Shown: positions 38,847 through 50,415, counted from the stretch's first letter. The stretch: DNA of 64,000 nt from Longimicrobiales bacterium (GCA_965203485.1 OZ241892.1:3456001-3520000), one strand, 5' to 3'. The notes: generated by a model from the letters alone, not told the origin. Translations and numbers: made by a program.

Positions 38847-41800
38847 TTGCCGCGCGCCTCGTTCCTTCCCGAATGCCCACCCGAATCCGGCGATCTCGTC
38901 CAGTTGCGCTCGCGCCGCTGGCTGGTCGAGGCCGTCGAAGCGCCGACTCGCGCGGGGAACTCGGCCGTCGTGCGACTGGCGTGCGCGGACGACGACGCGC
39001 AGGGGCAGGAGTTGCAGGTATTTTGGGACTGCGAGCTCGACCGGAAGATCCTGAAGGACGAGGGCTGGGGCGATCTCGCCGGGCGCGGCTTCGATGATCC
39101 CCGCCAGTTCGCCGCCTTCTACCACACCCTGCGCTGGAACTGCGTGACGGCGACCGATCCGAAGCTCGTTCAGGCGCCGTTTCGCGCCGGCATCAAGCTC
39201 GACGCGTACCAGATGGAGCCCCTGCGCAAGGCGTTGTTGCTCCCCCGCGTCAATCTCTTCATCGCCGACGACACGGGCCTCGGCAAGACCATCGAGGCCG
39301 GCCTGATCGCGCGCGAGCTCCTGTTGCGCAAGAAGGTCGACAGAATCGTGGTGGCCGCGCCGCCGTCAGTGCTGGAGCAGTGGAAGAGCGAGCTGGAGGA
39401 GCGGTTCGGCCTGATCTTCGAAGTCCTCGACCGCGCCTATGTGGCCAAGATGCGCCGCGAAAGGGGATTCGGCGTGAATCCCTGGCGCACGCACAGCCGC
39501 TTCCTGGTGTCGCACCGGTTGCTGGCGAACGCGGCCTACGCGGATCCGATGCGCGAGTGGCTGGGCGACCTGCTGCCCGGAAGCCTTCTGATTCTGGACG
39601 AGGCTCACCACGCCGCTCCGTCGTCCGGCAGGCGCTACGGCATCGAGAGCAAGTTCACGCAAGCGGTGCGCGATCTGTCGGAGCGCTTCGAGCACAGGTT
39701 GTTCCTGTCGGCGACGCCTCACAACGGACACTCCAACAGCTTCTCCACGCTGCTGGAGCTCCTGGATCCGTACCGGTTCACGCGAGGCGTCAAGGTGCAG
39801 AGCCGAGCGCTGGAAAACGTCATGGTCCGCCGCCTCAAGGAGGACGTCCGAGAGGTGCAGGGCGCGTTCCCGAAGCGCAACGTCGTGGCCGTCAAGGTGG
39901 ACGGGTTGCCGCCCGACGCTCCCGAGATCGTGCTGTCGCAGTTGCTCGACGAGTACCGGGCCGCTCGCGAGCGCCGTCACGCGACCGCCGCGCGGGGGGT
40001 CCAGGCCGCCGCTCAACTGCTGGTCGTGGGACTGCAGCAGCGGCTTCTGTCGTCGATCGAGGCGTTTGCGCGGAGCCTTCGCGTGCACCGGGAGACGGTG
40101 GAACGGCACTGGGCGAAGTGGGAGAAGGAAAGCAAGAAGTTGCCCCACGGGGATGAGCAGGAGAGTCCCGAGGGCATCGGAGGGGAACCGGGAAGCGAGG
40201 CCGCGACGGGGCGCGCGCCGCCGGGCCGGGCCGCCCAGATGGTTGCGAGCGATCCGGCCGGTGGCGCAGGAACGCATCCCTTCTTGCGGGCGCCGGACGC
40301 GGACGACGAGCGCGGCCAGTGGACCGAGAAGGAAACCGACGCGGAGGAACGCCGCCAGATCGAGGCGCTGACGACGGCCGCCCACAGCGACAACCCGGAA
40401 CAGCAGTGGGCCCGCGAGCAGCGTCTCCTCGACCAAATGCAGGAAATCGCCGAGGAAAGCCGTGCCCGGCCCGACGCCAAGACGCACCGCCTGCTCGACT
40501 GGATCCGCGAGCGCCAGTGCCCGGACCTGCCGCCCTTCGACCATGCTCTGCCGCCCGACGCCCCGACTCCCCGCTGGAACGACCGCCGCGTTCTCATCTT
40601 CACGGAAAACCGCGAAGGCACCAAGCGCTATCTGCGCACCGTGCTTGAACACGCCGTCAAGCACACCGACCGGGCCGAAGACCGCATCGCAGTCATCGAC
40701 GGCCATACCAGCGGCCCCATGCGCAAGGCCGTGCAGCGACGCTTCAACGCGCATCCCGCGGACGATCCCCTCCGCATCCTCCTCGCCACGGACGCCGCGC
40801 GCGAAGGACTCAACTTCCAAGCCCACTGCACCGACCTGTTCCACTTCGATCTACCGTGGAACCCCGGCCGCATCGAGCAGCGCAACGGCCGCATCGACCG
40901 CAAGCTCCAGCCGGCGCGCGAAGTCAACTGCCACTACTTCGTGCTGCCCCAGCGCGTGGAAGACCGCGTGCTGGAGGTGCTGGTGAAAAAAACCGAGACG
41001 ATCAGGCGCGAGCTGGGCAGCCTGCCCACGGTGATCGACGACGTGGAGCGCCGGTTGGGCAAACGGGGAATCCGCCACGCCGACGCCGACGCATTGAAGC
41101 GCAGGATCGAAGACGCCGACCTGGAGCCCGCCAAGAAGCGCGCCGTTAAGGACGAGCTGGAAGCCGCTCGCGACCGGCACCAGGAGCTTGAAGCCCAGAT
41201 AGACCGGTGCCGCGCTTTGCTGCAACGCTCGCGGCAAAGGACGGGCTTCGGAGCCGGCCCGTTCCGCAACGCCCTCTCGTGCTCGCTGGAATTCCTGGGC
41301 GCGCCGCCGCTGGCGCCGGCTGCCGACCCGGAAGGCAAGTCCGCGTGGGCGTTTCCGGCCTTGGACGGCAAGGTTGCCGCCGACGCCACCTGGACCGCCA
41401 CGCTGGACTCGCTGCGCGCTCCGCAGAAGCTCGGCGAAAACACGGCCGACTGGCGGCGCGACGCTCCGATCCGCCCTGTCGTCTTTGAAGACGCCGGTGT
41501 CCTCACCGACGACGTGGTGCATCTGCACCTGGACCAGCGCGTGGCCCAGCGATTGCTGGCCAGGTTCAGGTCGCAGGGATTCGTGCACCACGACCTGTCC
41601 AGGGCTTGTTTGGCTCAGAGCCGGGATTCGATTCGCCGCGTGGTTCTGCTGGGCCGCCTCTCGCTGTACGGGCGGCGCGCCGAGCGCCTGCACGAGGAGC
41701 TGGTGCCCGTGGCCGCCCCCTGGTCCGACCCCCGCGAGCGCTCCGGGCCGCTCAAGCCCTACGGCCGCGACGGCGAAGCCCGCACGCTGGATCTTCTGAA

Positions 41801-42254
41801 CGAAGCCATGGCAGACGGAAGCAGCGGGAACGGGCGCGCCGACTTCTTCCCGAACGATGTCGTGCGACAACGCCTGTTGCGCTCGGCCGCGGACGACATC
41901 GAGGATCTGAAGCCGTTGCTGGAAGCACGCGCGGCCGACTTGGCGGCCAACGCCGAGAAGCGCCTGACCGCGCGCGGCCAAACCGAAAGCCGCGCCCTGC
42001 ACGAGACGTTGGAGGCCCAGCGATGCCGCGTCCGCGAGACGCTGGCCGAGCACGAGGGCCAGCGGCAGCTTGAACTGCAATCGGCCGCCGAGCAGCGCCA
42101 GCTCGAAGCGGACGTCCGCCACTGGCGCAAGCGCCTGAGCAAGTTCGACGACGACTTGGAGTGCGAGCCCGCCCGCGTCCAGACCTTCTACGAGGTGCGT
42201 GCCTGCCGCGTCGAGCCCGTGGGTTTGGTTTATCTTTGGCCGGAGACGAACTGA
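38847..42254 (+). CDS. drmD: DISARM SNF2-like helicase DrmD
   Basis: IADDTGLGKT, DEAHH, SATPHNG, REGLN, EQRNGRIDR, C-terminal EPVGLVYLWP; context with drmMI/A/B/C. Confidence 0.9.
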   Translation: MPRASFLPECPPESGDLVQLRSRRWLVEAVEAPTRAGNSAVVRLACADDDAQGQELQVFWDCELDRKILKDEGWGDLAGRGFDDPRQFAAFYHTLRWNCVTATDPKLVQAPFRAGIKLDAYQMEPLRKALLLPRVNLFIADDTGLGKTIEAGLIARELLLRKKVDRIVVAAPPSVLEQWKSELEERFGLIFEVLDRAYVAKMRRERGFGVNPWRTHSRFLVSHRLLANAAYADPMREWLGDLLPGSLLILDEAHHAAPSSGRRYGIESKFTQAVRDLSERFEHRLFLSATPHNGHSNSFSTLLELLDPYRFTRGVKVQSRALENVMVRRLKEDVREVQGAFPKRNVVAVKVDGLPPDAPEIVLSQLLDEYRAARERRHATAARGVQAAAQLLVVGLQQRLLSSIEAFARSLRVHRETVERHWAKWEKESKKLPHGDEQESPEGIGGEPGSEAATGRAPPGRAAQMVASDPAGGAGTHPFLRAPDADDERGQWTEKETDAEERRQIEALTTAAHSDNPEQQWAREQRLLDQMQEIAEESRARPDAKTHRLLDWIRERQCPDLPPFDHALPPDAPTPRWNDRRVLIFTENREGTKRYLRTVLEHAVKHTDRAEDRIAVIDGHTSGPMRKAVQRRFNAHPADDPLRILLATDAAREGLNFQAHCTDLFHFDLPWNPGRIEQRNGRIDRKLQPAREVNCHYFVLPQRVEDRVLEVLVKKTETIRRELGSLPTVIDDVERRLGKRGIRHADADALKRRIEDADLEPAKKRAVKDELEAARDRHQELEAQIDRCRALLQRSRQRTGFGAGPFRNALSCSLEFLGAPPLAPAADPEGKSAWAFPALDGKVAADATWTATLDSLRAPQKLGENTADWRRDAPIRPVVFEDAGVLTDDVVHLHLDQRVAQRLLARFRSQGFVHHDLSRACLAQSRDSIRRVVLLGRLSLYGRRAERLHEELVPVAAPWSDPRERSGPLKPYGRDGEARTLDLLNEAMADGSSGNGRADFFPNDVVRQRLLRSAADDIEDLKPLLEARAADLAANAEKRLTARGQTESRALHETLEAQRCRVRETLAEHEGQRQLELQSAAEQRQLEADVRHWRKRLSKFDDDLECEPARVQTFYEVRACRVEPVGLVYLWPETN

Positions 42255-42545
42255 TGCCATCATCCACCACACTCCGCCGAGGCGCGTCCGCATGCCGAAC
42301 GGGATGGGCCTGTTGCCGCAGATGACCTGCAGGCTCGACTTCTACGCCGCTAGCGAGTGCGCACCCGGTCGATACCGGGTCGACGCTTTAGGGCTGTCAT
42401 TCGCAGCCGAATTTGTCGACCCTCCAGAACCACCTCGGCGAACAGTAGTTTTCGCCCTTCGAGCACAACGCCACCGTTGCGCACTCCTTCCAGTTGCCAC
42501 ACCGGTAACCGGAGAACGACGCGTATCAACGACGGATTAAGCCCA

Positions 42546-45009
42546 ATGAAGACATCCTCTTTTTCCGTTCGCCTGTTCTATAGCTATTCTCACAAGGACG
42601 CTCAATACCGAGATGCCATGGAAGATGCCCTCAGTTTGCTCAGAACCCAGGGGCATTTGACACAGTGGTCGGATAAAAACATTCTGCCCGGTCATAGAAT
42701 CTCAACGACTATTGGGCAGGAAATGGAGCAAGTCGATATTGTCGTTTTCTTAATCAGCAATTCATTTTTGGCATCAGATGAATGCATGAAAGAATGGAAG
42801 CGAGCCAAAACGATGCACGTTGCTTCCCACCGACCACTTCGTGTTCCGATTATCGTCAGCACATGTGCGTGGAAGGATTTGCTTGTCGAAGACGATATAA
42901 AGGTGTTGCCGAATGACGGAAAGCCCGTGAAGACGTTTAGCGATTCTGATGCGGCATGGAGCCAAGTATATGAAGGCATTAAATCACTCATTGACAGCTT
43001 GCGAGCGGATTTTTCGCCAAAGACCCGATTTATGACACAACTGCGGAATATTGATGATGTCGTCGTTTCACAACGAACAAGTACGCTAGATGACCTCTTT
43101 GTATTTCTCCCGCTATCAAACTACCAGCCTAGCAAGATTGAAAGGCACGCAGTTGACGAAAAAACCATAACGAACTTAGACAATCTTTTGCGATTGGGTC
43201 ACATCCTTATCCACGGCGACGACCAAAGTGGCAAGACGGCGCTTGGCCGGTACATCGTTTTGTCGCTGATCAATAAGGCGCAGCCTGTCCTTCTTGTCGA
43301 TCTGCAAGTGGTTAAGATAGCTAGTGATATTCGATGATGTTCTAGCAAAGGTATATCATGATCAATTTCGTGGCGATTACATGAAGTGGCGCGACTACCA
43401 ACACACAACCATTGTGCTCGACAATCTGTCGTCCAAGCCTGCATCGATACCCTTCCTGACTGCTGTCCTGAGCAGATTCGATAACGTTGTTGTGTTAGCA
43501 TCCACCAACACATATGTGTCTTATTACCGCGATGACGCCCGCTTGGCGACGTGCACTATTTTGCAGATTTCTCCGCTCACACACGTCTTGCAAGAAGAAT
43601 TGATTCGAAAACGACTTGCCTTGATGAGTAACAGCACGGTGTATGACGGTGCCGTTGATCAAATAGAAAAGCGAGTCAATGCTATCATTAACACTAGAAT
43701 ATTGCCACGATATCCGTTCTATGTTCTATCGATTCTTCAGACACTTGAAGCATTCATGCCACGAGATATGGCGGTTACATCACATGGTCATTGCTACTAC
43801 ATCTTTATTGTAGCAAGACTAATGAATGCAGGCATTTCCAGGGGTGATGAAGCCATCAATGTGTGCTTAAATTTTGCGGAACAATTGGCGTTTGCTATTT
43901 ACAGTCATAACTCGACCGAGCAACATTCGTTTTCCCGATCGGCGTTTGATCGGTTTGTCGCTGACTATAAGAAGCAATATGTCTTGCCAGACTCTATTCG
44001 GCACAGATTGATTGGTCGAGATTATGGCATTTTGGCCGATGACGGCAGATTCCAGCATCCCTACATGTACTATTTCTTTCTCGGGCGGTACTTGGCCGCG
44101 CACGAAGACAATCAAATAATTGAGCAAATGTGTCGGGACAGCCATGTGTCGGAAAACCATTTGACGTTGCTTTTTATAATACATCACGCGACAAATGATG
44201 AAATAATTGAAGAAATCCTGATCAGAACGATGTGTTCATTGGACAACATTCCGCCAGCGCGTTTGAATCCGGAAGAAACAAAACGGTTTCGAAGTATCGT
44301 TGCGCGATTACCGACTGACATCCTTTCTGGTCGTTCAGTGGAGGACGAGCGAAAAGCCGACCGACGTACACGTGACGGTGACGACAACGAAAATGAAGTG
44401 GACAATAGATCCGATCATTCGGTTAATCGAATGATATACCAAATATTGAAGAACAACGAACTGTTGGGTCAGGTATTAAAGGTGAGATATGGCAAGCTCA
44501 CCAAAGGACAAATATCAGATATTGTTGAATCGATTGCAGACAGTGGACTACGGCTCGTGAACGTGTTGCTGAGCGACGAAGACGATATATCCGAGTTAGC
44601 GCGATATTTGCACGCCCGTGTCCCCAATTTATCTGAATCGAGAATCAAGAAATTGTTGCAGGGAATGTCGTTCGTGTGGACAATGATCAATATTGAACTT
44701 GTGGTGAATGCCGTGTCACACAAGGATATCGCACCAATAGTTCGCGATCTGGTTGAGAAGAGAGCAAATCCAGCTTATGACGTGATCGGATTTTTCTGCG
44801 CCTTGGATAGTGCAAATGAATTGACGTCGAACTTGCGAAGAGAACTGAGGAAGCTACTGAAGCGGCACGACGATTCGTTTGTTCGAGGCGTATTGTCGCT
44901 CAGAGTACAACATTATATGAATACACATAGGAGTAGTGCAAAAATCGAACAAGGCATTTGCGCGGATCTTGGAATAAGATATCGACATCGCATTATGGCG
45001 GCACAATAG
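42546..45009 (+). pseudogene. TIR domain + P-loop (STAND-like) NTPase, split by a frameshift near 43330
   Basis: ORF1 42546-43337 has TIR (LFYSYSHKD, FLISNSFLASDECMKEW, VPII) and Walker A GDDQSGKT. ORF2 43324-45009 has Walker B-like IVLDN and FQHPYMYYFFLGRYL. Removing one base fuses them into about 820 aa. Confidence 0.75.
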
Positions 45010-45178
45010 AATCGGGCTCTCCCAGAATGAACGTCAATACTGCCGAAGACACGATGGGCCATTGGTCCCGGGCCGTTGCGGGGTCGTATTCGGAGACGTG
45101 GTGTTCGCACGGCTTCAATGGAGGGTGGCGTTTAGCGGTGCCTAGCCGACCCAGGCGGGGTGCTAAGGTGTAACCATC

Positions 45179-48100
45179 ATGGCCAAAGTCAACCCGGACA
45201 TCGCGACCCACTTGGAGTGGCTCGGCTTCGTCCGGCCTACTGGCCTCGTGGTATCGCCGACGACATTGGTTCGTGCCGGCGCCATCCTTCAGCGTCGGGA
45301 CAACGAAGGACAGGCTCGGCTGAAGGAATGCCTCGCGACCGAAGCGACGGGTGCTGGCGTTCTTGCCTTTTCCCGCTTCCGCGAGTTCGCCAACAAGGTC
45401 TTGGACTGGAGTTTCTCGCCCAAGGGCTACGCCGGAACCGCGGATGCACCCGTGCCCCGGGAACTGGAAGTCGTCATGCCGGACACCGGCAGGGCCGTCC
45501 GGCCCCACTATGCGGTCCGCATGGGACGGGACGAGGCCGAGTGGCAGCTCTTGGTCCTCGTGTGCGAGCGAGGACGCGACTTCGATGCCTCTCAAGCCAG
45601 GTCGGCCGCGGCTCAGGACACCATGGAGCGCCTGTTGCGCGGCACGGGCGCACCCGCCGGCATCCTCTTCAACGGCGAGGCGTTGCGGCTCGTCTCGGCG
45701 CCGAAGGGCGAGAGTTCGGGATGGCTGGACTTCCGCGTGGCGGACATGGTGGAGACGGCTGGACGGCCTATTTGCGCGGCCATGCGCCTTCTCTTGGGCG
45801 AGACGCGGTTGCTGTCCGTGGCCAAGGACAAGCGGCTGGCCGCGCTCATGGCCGAGAGCCGCAAGTTCCAGAACGAGGTCAGCCAGGATCTGTCGGGGCA
45901 GGTGCTGCACGCCCTGTATGAATTGTTGCGCGGATTTCAGGCCGCCCACGACGGATCCGGCCGCAAGCTCTTGGAGACGCCTCTGCGCGAGAACCCGGAC
46001 GAAGTCTACCGGGGCCTGCTCACGCTGGTGCTGCGCCTGATCTTCCTGCTGTACGCGGAAGAGCGCGACATGCTGCCGCAGGACGAGGTGTTCCTCGGCG
46101 GCTATTCGGTAGCCGGACTGCACAAGCGCCTCCGAGAGGACGCGGCACTCCACCCCGACACCATGGACCAGCGCTACGGCGCCTACGCCCAGTTGCTGTT
46201 TCTGTTCCGCATGGTTCACGACGGAGTTCGGATTGATACCATGATACTACCACCTCGCCACGGCGTCCTGTTCGACCCCGACCGCTACCCGTTCCTGGAG
46301 GGCCGGGGCGCGCAGGTCGCCGGCGGACGCCAAGTCCACGAGCGCATCGAGCCGCCCCGGGTGTCCGACGGCGCCGTCTACCGCGTGCTCGAAAAGTTGC
46401 TGGTGCTCAACGGCGAACGCATCTCGTACCGAGCGCTGGACGTGGAGCACATCGGCTCCGTCTACGAGACGATGATGGGCTTCCGGCTGGAGACTGCGAA
46501 GGGCCGGTCCGTGGCGATCAAGGCGGAGGGGAAGCACGGTGCGCCGGCCACGGTCGACTTGGACGCGCTGCTCGCGCAACCGTCCGACAAACGCGTCGAG
46601 TGGGTCCGCGACCGCACCGATCGCAAGCTCACCGACAAGGTCGCGAACGCGGTCCGCCAAGCGGGCGCCATCGAGGCGTTGCACGCCGCTGTGGCGCCGG
46701 TCGTGGACTCCGTAGCCACGCCCGACCTGATCGCGCGCGGCTCCATGATTCTTCAGCCCAGCAAGGAACGTCGCAGTACCGGCTCGCACTATACGCCCCG
46801 CGAGCTGACTGAGCCGATCGTCCGCGACGCGCTGAAGCCCGTGCTGGACCGGTTGAGCGCCGAGACGGGCGGGTCGCCCACGCCCGACCAAGTGCTGGCC
46901 TTGAAGGTGTGCGATCCGGCGATGGGCTCGGGTGCGTTCTTGGTTGAAGCCTGCCGCCAGCTGGGCGCGGCGCTGGTCGATGCGTGGCACGCGGCCGACG
47001 CTGTGCCCGACGGCCTCGAGGGAGAGGACGAACTTGTATTCGCCCGCCGGGAGGTGGCGCGGCGGTGCTTGTACGGCGTGGACCGCAACCCCATTGCCGT
47101 GGACTTGGCCAAGATGTCGCTGTGGCTGGCGACGCTGGCCAAGGGCCTTCCCTTGACGTTCCTGGATCACGCCCTGCGCCACGGCGATTCGCTGGTGGGA
47201 CTGACGAAGCGCCAGATCGGCGCGTTCCATTGGGACGAGAAGGCGCCTGCGCTCCAGTTGGGGTTCGAGGCGGACAGGGCCAAGGACGATCTGGATCGAG
47301 TCAGGGACATGCGCCGGCGCATTCGGGAAGCGGGCGACGGCGTCTCTGACCGGAAGTTGCGAGCCGTGCTGGGCGAAGCCATGTCGGCGACGGCCTCAGT
47401 CCGCAGAACCGGCGACTTGGTGCTTGCGGCATACTTCGACGAGGCGAAGCCGAAGAAACGCGAAGCAAGGAGAGTCGAGCTTGCAGCGTGCGTAGCCGAG
47501 GGCAGAGCGGAAGAGTACACAAGCTGGTTGGACGAGCAGCGCGACGCTGATCCGCCTCTGGCCCCGTTTCACTGGGAGATCGAGTTTCCCGAGGTCTTCG
47601 AACGAGACGCCCCGGGGTTCGACGCGATCGTCGGAAATCCGCCCTTCGCGGGAAAGAACTCGATGGCGAATGCCAACGTGAGGCACTATCCCCTTTGGCT
47701 GAAGCAGGCCCACCAGCAAAGCCACGGCAACGCCGACCTGGTCGCCCACTTCTTTCGCCGTTCGTTCGACTTGATCCGGCCCAACGGCACGTTCGGCCTG
47801 ATCGCGACCAACACCATCGGCCAAGGCGACACCCGCTCCACCGGCCTGCGCTGGATATGCCAGCATGGCGGCGAGATCTTCAAGGCCACGACGCGGGTGA
47901 AGTGGCCGGGGATGGCAGCCGTGGTCGTGAGCGTGGTGCACGTGGCCAAGGGCCGGGCTTCCAGCCAGCGGTTCCTCGACAAGCGTCCGGTCGAACGGAT
48001 CACGGCGTTTCTGTTTCATCGGGGCGGTCACGGCGACCCGGCACAACTCAAGGCGAACGCGAGAAAGAGCTTTGTAGGTAGCTACGTCCTAGGAATGGGC

Positions 48101-49201
48101 TTCACCTTCGATGACACCGACACGAATGGGGTCGCGACACCGATTGCCGAGTTGGACCAGCTGGTCGAGGAGAACCCGGGCAACAAGGACGTGATCTTTC
48201 CGTACATCGGCGGCAAGGAACTCAACACCAGCCCGACGCACGCGCACCATCGGTACGTCATTAACTTCCGCGACTGGCCGCTTCGCCGAGACGACATCGG
48301 CGAGACGTGGAAGGAAGCGGACGATCATCGACGCAAGGAGTTGCGACGCCAACCCGTAGTGCCGAGTGACTATCCCGATCCCGTGGCCGCGGACTGGCCG
48401 GAACTGCTGGACATTGTGAGGAACAAGGTCAAGCCACGACGCGCTCATTTGACGCGCAACCCTATCGGGAGAAGGCGGGCGACGTACTGGTGGCAGTATG
48501 GTTCATCAGCGACACAACTCTATGCGGCGACTGCACGCAAGCAACGCGTGCTGGCCATCAACTGCGGCGCAACCCCGCATCATGCCTTCACGTTTCTTCC
48601 GATCCGCATGGTCTTCGCCCACGTACTTGCCGTCTTCCCCCTCGACACCCACGCTGCCTTCTGCACCCTCCAGTCTCGCGTCCACGAGATTTGGGCGCGC
48701 TTCTTCGGCTCGTCCCTTGAGGATCGACTCCGCTACACCCCCTCCGACATCTTCGAGACCTTCCCGTTTCCAAATAAGTGGGAGACCCATCCGTCCCTCG
48801 AAGCCGCCGGCAAGGCGTACTCCGACTTCCGCGCCGACCTCATGGTCCGCAACGCCAAGGGTCTCACCAAGACCTACAACCACTTCCACGATCCCAACGA
48901 GGCCGCTCCGAAAATCGTCCAGCTCCGCGACCTCCACGCCGCCATGGACAGGGCGGTCCTCGACGCCTACGGCTGGACCGACGTCCCCACGGACTGCGAT
49001 TTCGTGCTCGACTACGAGATCGACGAGGAGGAATGGGGCCGCAAGAAGAAGCCGTACCGCTACCGCTGGCCGGACAACGTGCGCGACGATGTCCTCGCAC
49101 GCCTTCTCGAACTCAACGGCCAACGCGCCGCCGAGGAAGCCGCCGCCTGCAAGGCCGGACGCGACGAGGCCACCCGTTCGCGGCCCGGGAAGCGCCGATG
49201 A
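45179..49201 (+). CDS. drmMI: DISARM N6-adenine methyltransferase DrmMI (type IIG-like)
   Basis: HLEWLGFVRPTGLVVS, GSHYTP, CDPAMGSGAFL, YGVD, IVGNPPF. Confidence 0.9.
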   Translation: MAKVNPDIATHLEWLGFVRPTGLVVSPTTLVRAGAILQRRDNEGQARLKECLATEATGAGVLAFSRFREFANKVLDWSFSPKGYAGTADAPVPRELEVVMPDTGRAVRPHYAVRMGRDEAEWQLLVLVCERGRDFDASQARSAAAQDTMERLLRGTGAPAGILFNGEALRLVSAPKGESSGWLDFRVADMVETAGRPICAAMRLLLGETRLLSVAKDKRLAALMAESRKFQNEVSQDLSGQVLHALYELLRGFQAAHDGSGRKLLETPLRENPDEVYRGLLTLVLRLIFLLYAEERDMLPQDEVFLGGYSVAGLHKRLREDAALHPDTMDQRYGAYAQLLFLFRMVHDGVRIDTMILPPRHGVLFDPDRYPFLEGRGAQVAGGRQVHERIEPPRVSDGAVYRVLEKLLVLNGERISYRALDVEHIGSVYETMMGFRLETAKGRSVAIKAEGKHGAPATVDLDALLAQPSDKRVEWVRDRTDRKLTDKVANAVRQAGAIEALHAAVAPVVDSVATPDLIARGSMILQPSKERRSTGSHYTPRELTEPIVRDALKPVLDRLSAETGGSPTPDQVLALKVCDPAMGSGAFLVEACRQLGAALVDAWHAADAVPDGLEGEDELVFARREVARRCLYGVDRNPIAVDLAKMSLWLATLAKGLPLTFLDHALRHGDSLVGLTKRQIGAFHWDEKAPALQLGFEADRAKDDLDRVRDMRRRIREAGDGVSDRKLRAVLGEAMSATASVRRTGDLVLAAYFDEAKPKKREARRVELAACVAEGRAEEYTSWLDEQRDADPPLAPFHWEIEFPEVFERDAPGFDAIVGNPPFAGKNSMANANVRHYPLWLKQAHQQSHGNADLVAHFFRRSFDLIRPNGTFGLIATNTIGQGDTRSTGLRWICQHGGEIFKATTRVKWPGMAAVVVSVVHVAKGRASSQRFLDKRPVERITAFLFHRGGHGDPAQLKANARKSFVGSYVLGMGFTFDDTDTNGVATPIAELDQLVEENPGNKDVIFPYIGGKELNTSPTHAHHRYVINFRDWPLRRDDIGETWKEADDHRRKELRRQPVVPSDYPDPVAADWPELLDIVRNKVKPRRAHLTRNPIGRRRATYWWQYGSSATQLYAATARKQRVLAINCGATPHHAFTFLPIRMVFAHVLAVFPLDTHAAFCTLQSRVHEIWARFFGSSLEDRLRYTPSDIFETFPFPNKWETHPSLEAAGKAYSDFRADLMVRNAKGLTKTYNHFHDPNEAAPKIVQLRDLHAAMDRAVLDAYGWTDVPTDCDFVLDYEIDEEEWGRKKKPYRYRWPDNVRDDVLARLLELNGQRAAEEAAACKAGRDEATRSRPGKRR

Positions 49202-50415
49202 ACGCGCCATCCGCCGACCGCCGCCTCGTAACCCGAGCAAGAGTCCGCAACTACCGCAACATCGCGGCCTGCGACGTGGAGCTGGCCCAACTGTCGTTGG
49301 TCGTGGGCCCCAACGGAGCCGGCAAGAGCAACTTCCTGGACGCGGTTGGCTTGGTGGGGGACTGTCTTCGCTCGTCGTTGAGCGACGCCCTTCGGCGGCG
49401 AGGCGGCGCCAGAGAGATTGCACGGCGGACGTCCGGTCGGGCAAAGCACTTCGGGATCCGTCTTGACTACAACCTTGGAGTCGGCACGGGGCATTACGCC
49501 GTTTCCTTGGGCGCGGGCCGAGACGGCAAGCTCGACGTCCGGAGAGAGGAATGCCGGCTGGTTCGCGGGGTCGAAGCCCACTTCTGCGCACTCGATCACG
49601 GTCGGGTAAGGGAGTGCACTGTTTCGCATCCTCCGCCCGCGCCCCAGGATGACCTTTACCTCGTGCGTCTGGCGTCCGTGCCCGAATTCCGCCCCGTCTA
49701 CGATGCGTTGTCGGATGTGTGCGTCTATCGGCTCAATCCGGACGCGATCCGCGAGCTGCATGAACCCGAGCAGGGCCTTCTACGATCTGACGGACGCAAT
49801 GTGGCAAGCGTATTGGAAGCCATCAAGCGTCGGTCTCCAAAGACCAAGGAACGACTGGATCGATACCTGCAAGCCGTGGTGCCGGAGTTGGCGGCCGTGG
49901 ACAAGCTGGCCTTGGGTCCCTGGCGCACGCTTGCGTTCAAGAAGGTGGTGCGCGAGGGAGCGCGGCACCGACGATTCCTGGCACGAGACATGTCCGACGG
50001 CACGCTCAGGATCGTGGGCGTGCTGGCGGCCTTGCTCCAGGGCACCGGCGCAAACGTTGCTCGCCACGGCCTAGTATGCCTGGAAGAGCCGGAGGCGGCC
50101 CTTCATCCGGGCGCGCTCGAGGTTCTGTTGGACATGTTGGCGGACGGAGCGGAGAGGACACAGGTGGTCGTGACCAGCCAAAGCGCCGACCTGCTGGATC
50201 ACAAGCAGATATCCGTGGACTCCATCGTGGTCGTCGGGTCGGACGAGGCCGGCGGGCGCCTCGGTCCCATCGACGAAGCCGGCAGATCGGTGATCGAGAA
50301 CGGCAACTTCACCGCGGGCGAACTGATGAGAATGGAGCAACTTCTGCCGGACGAGAAGGCGTCGCGCCTGCGTCCGTCCCAGGTCTCCCTGTTCGGCGCA
50401 CCAAGGTCGCGATGA
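49198..50415 (+). CDS. ABC-type ATPase (AAA_21)
   Basis: VGPNGAGKSN, MSDGTLR, LEEPEAALHP, VTSQS; ATGA overlap with the drmMI stop. Confidence 0.88.
   Translation: MNAPSADRRLVTRARVRNYRNIAACDVELAQLSLVVGPNGAGKSNFLDAVGLVGDCLRSSLSDALRRRGGAREIARRTSGRAKHFGIRLDYNLGVGTGHYAVSLGAGRDGKLDVRREECRLVRGVEAHFCALDHGRVRECTVSHPPPAPQDDLYLVRLASVPEFRPVYDALSDVCVYRLNPDAIRELHEPEQGLLRSDGRNVASVLEAIKRRSPKTKERLDRYLQAVVPELAAVDKLALGPWRTLAFKKVVREGARHRRFLARDMSDGTLRIVGVLAALLQGTGANVARHGLVCLEEPEAALHPGALEVLLDMLADGAERTQVVVTSQSADLLDHKQISVDSIVVVGSDEAGGRLGPIDEAGRSVIENGNFTAGELMRMEQLLPDEKASRLRPSQVSLFGAPRSR

Noticed and set aside
42264..42545. Hairpin ACCCGGT-CGAT-ACCGGGT and a Cys-rich minus-strand peptide upstream of the TIR gene
   Set aside because: A 7-bp stem is unremarkable, and the peptide has no start or recognisable family.
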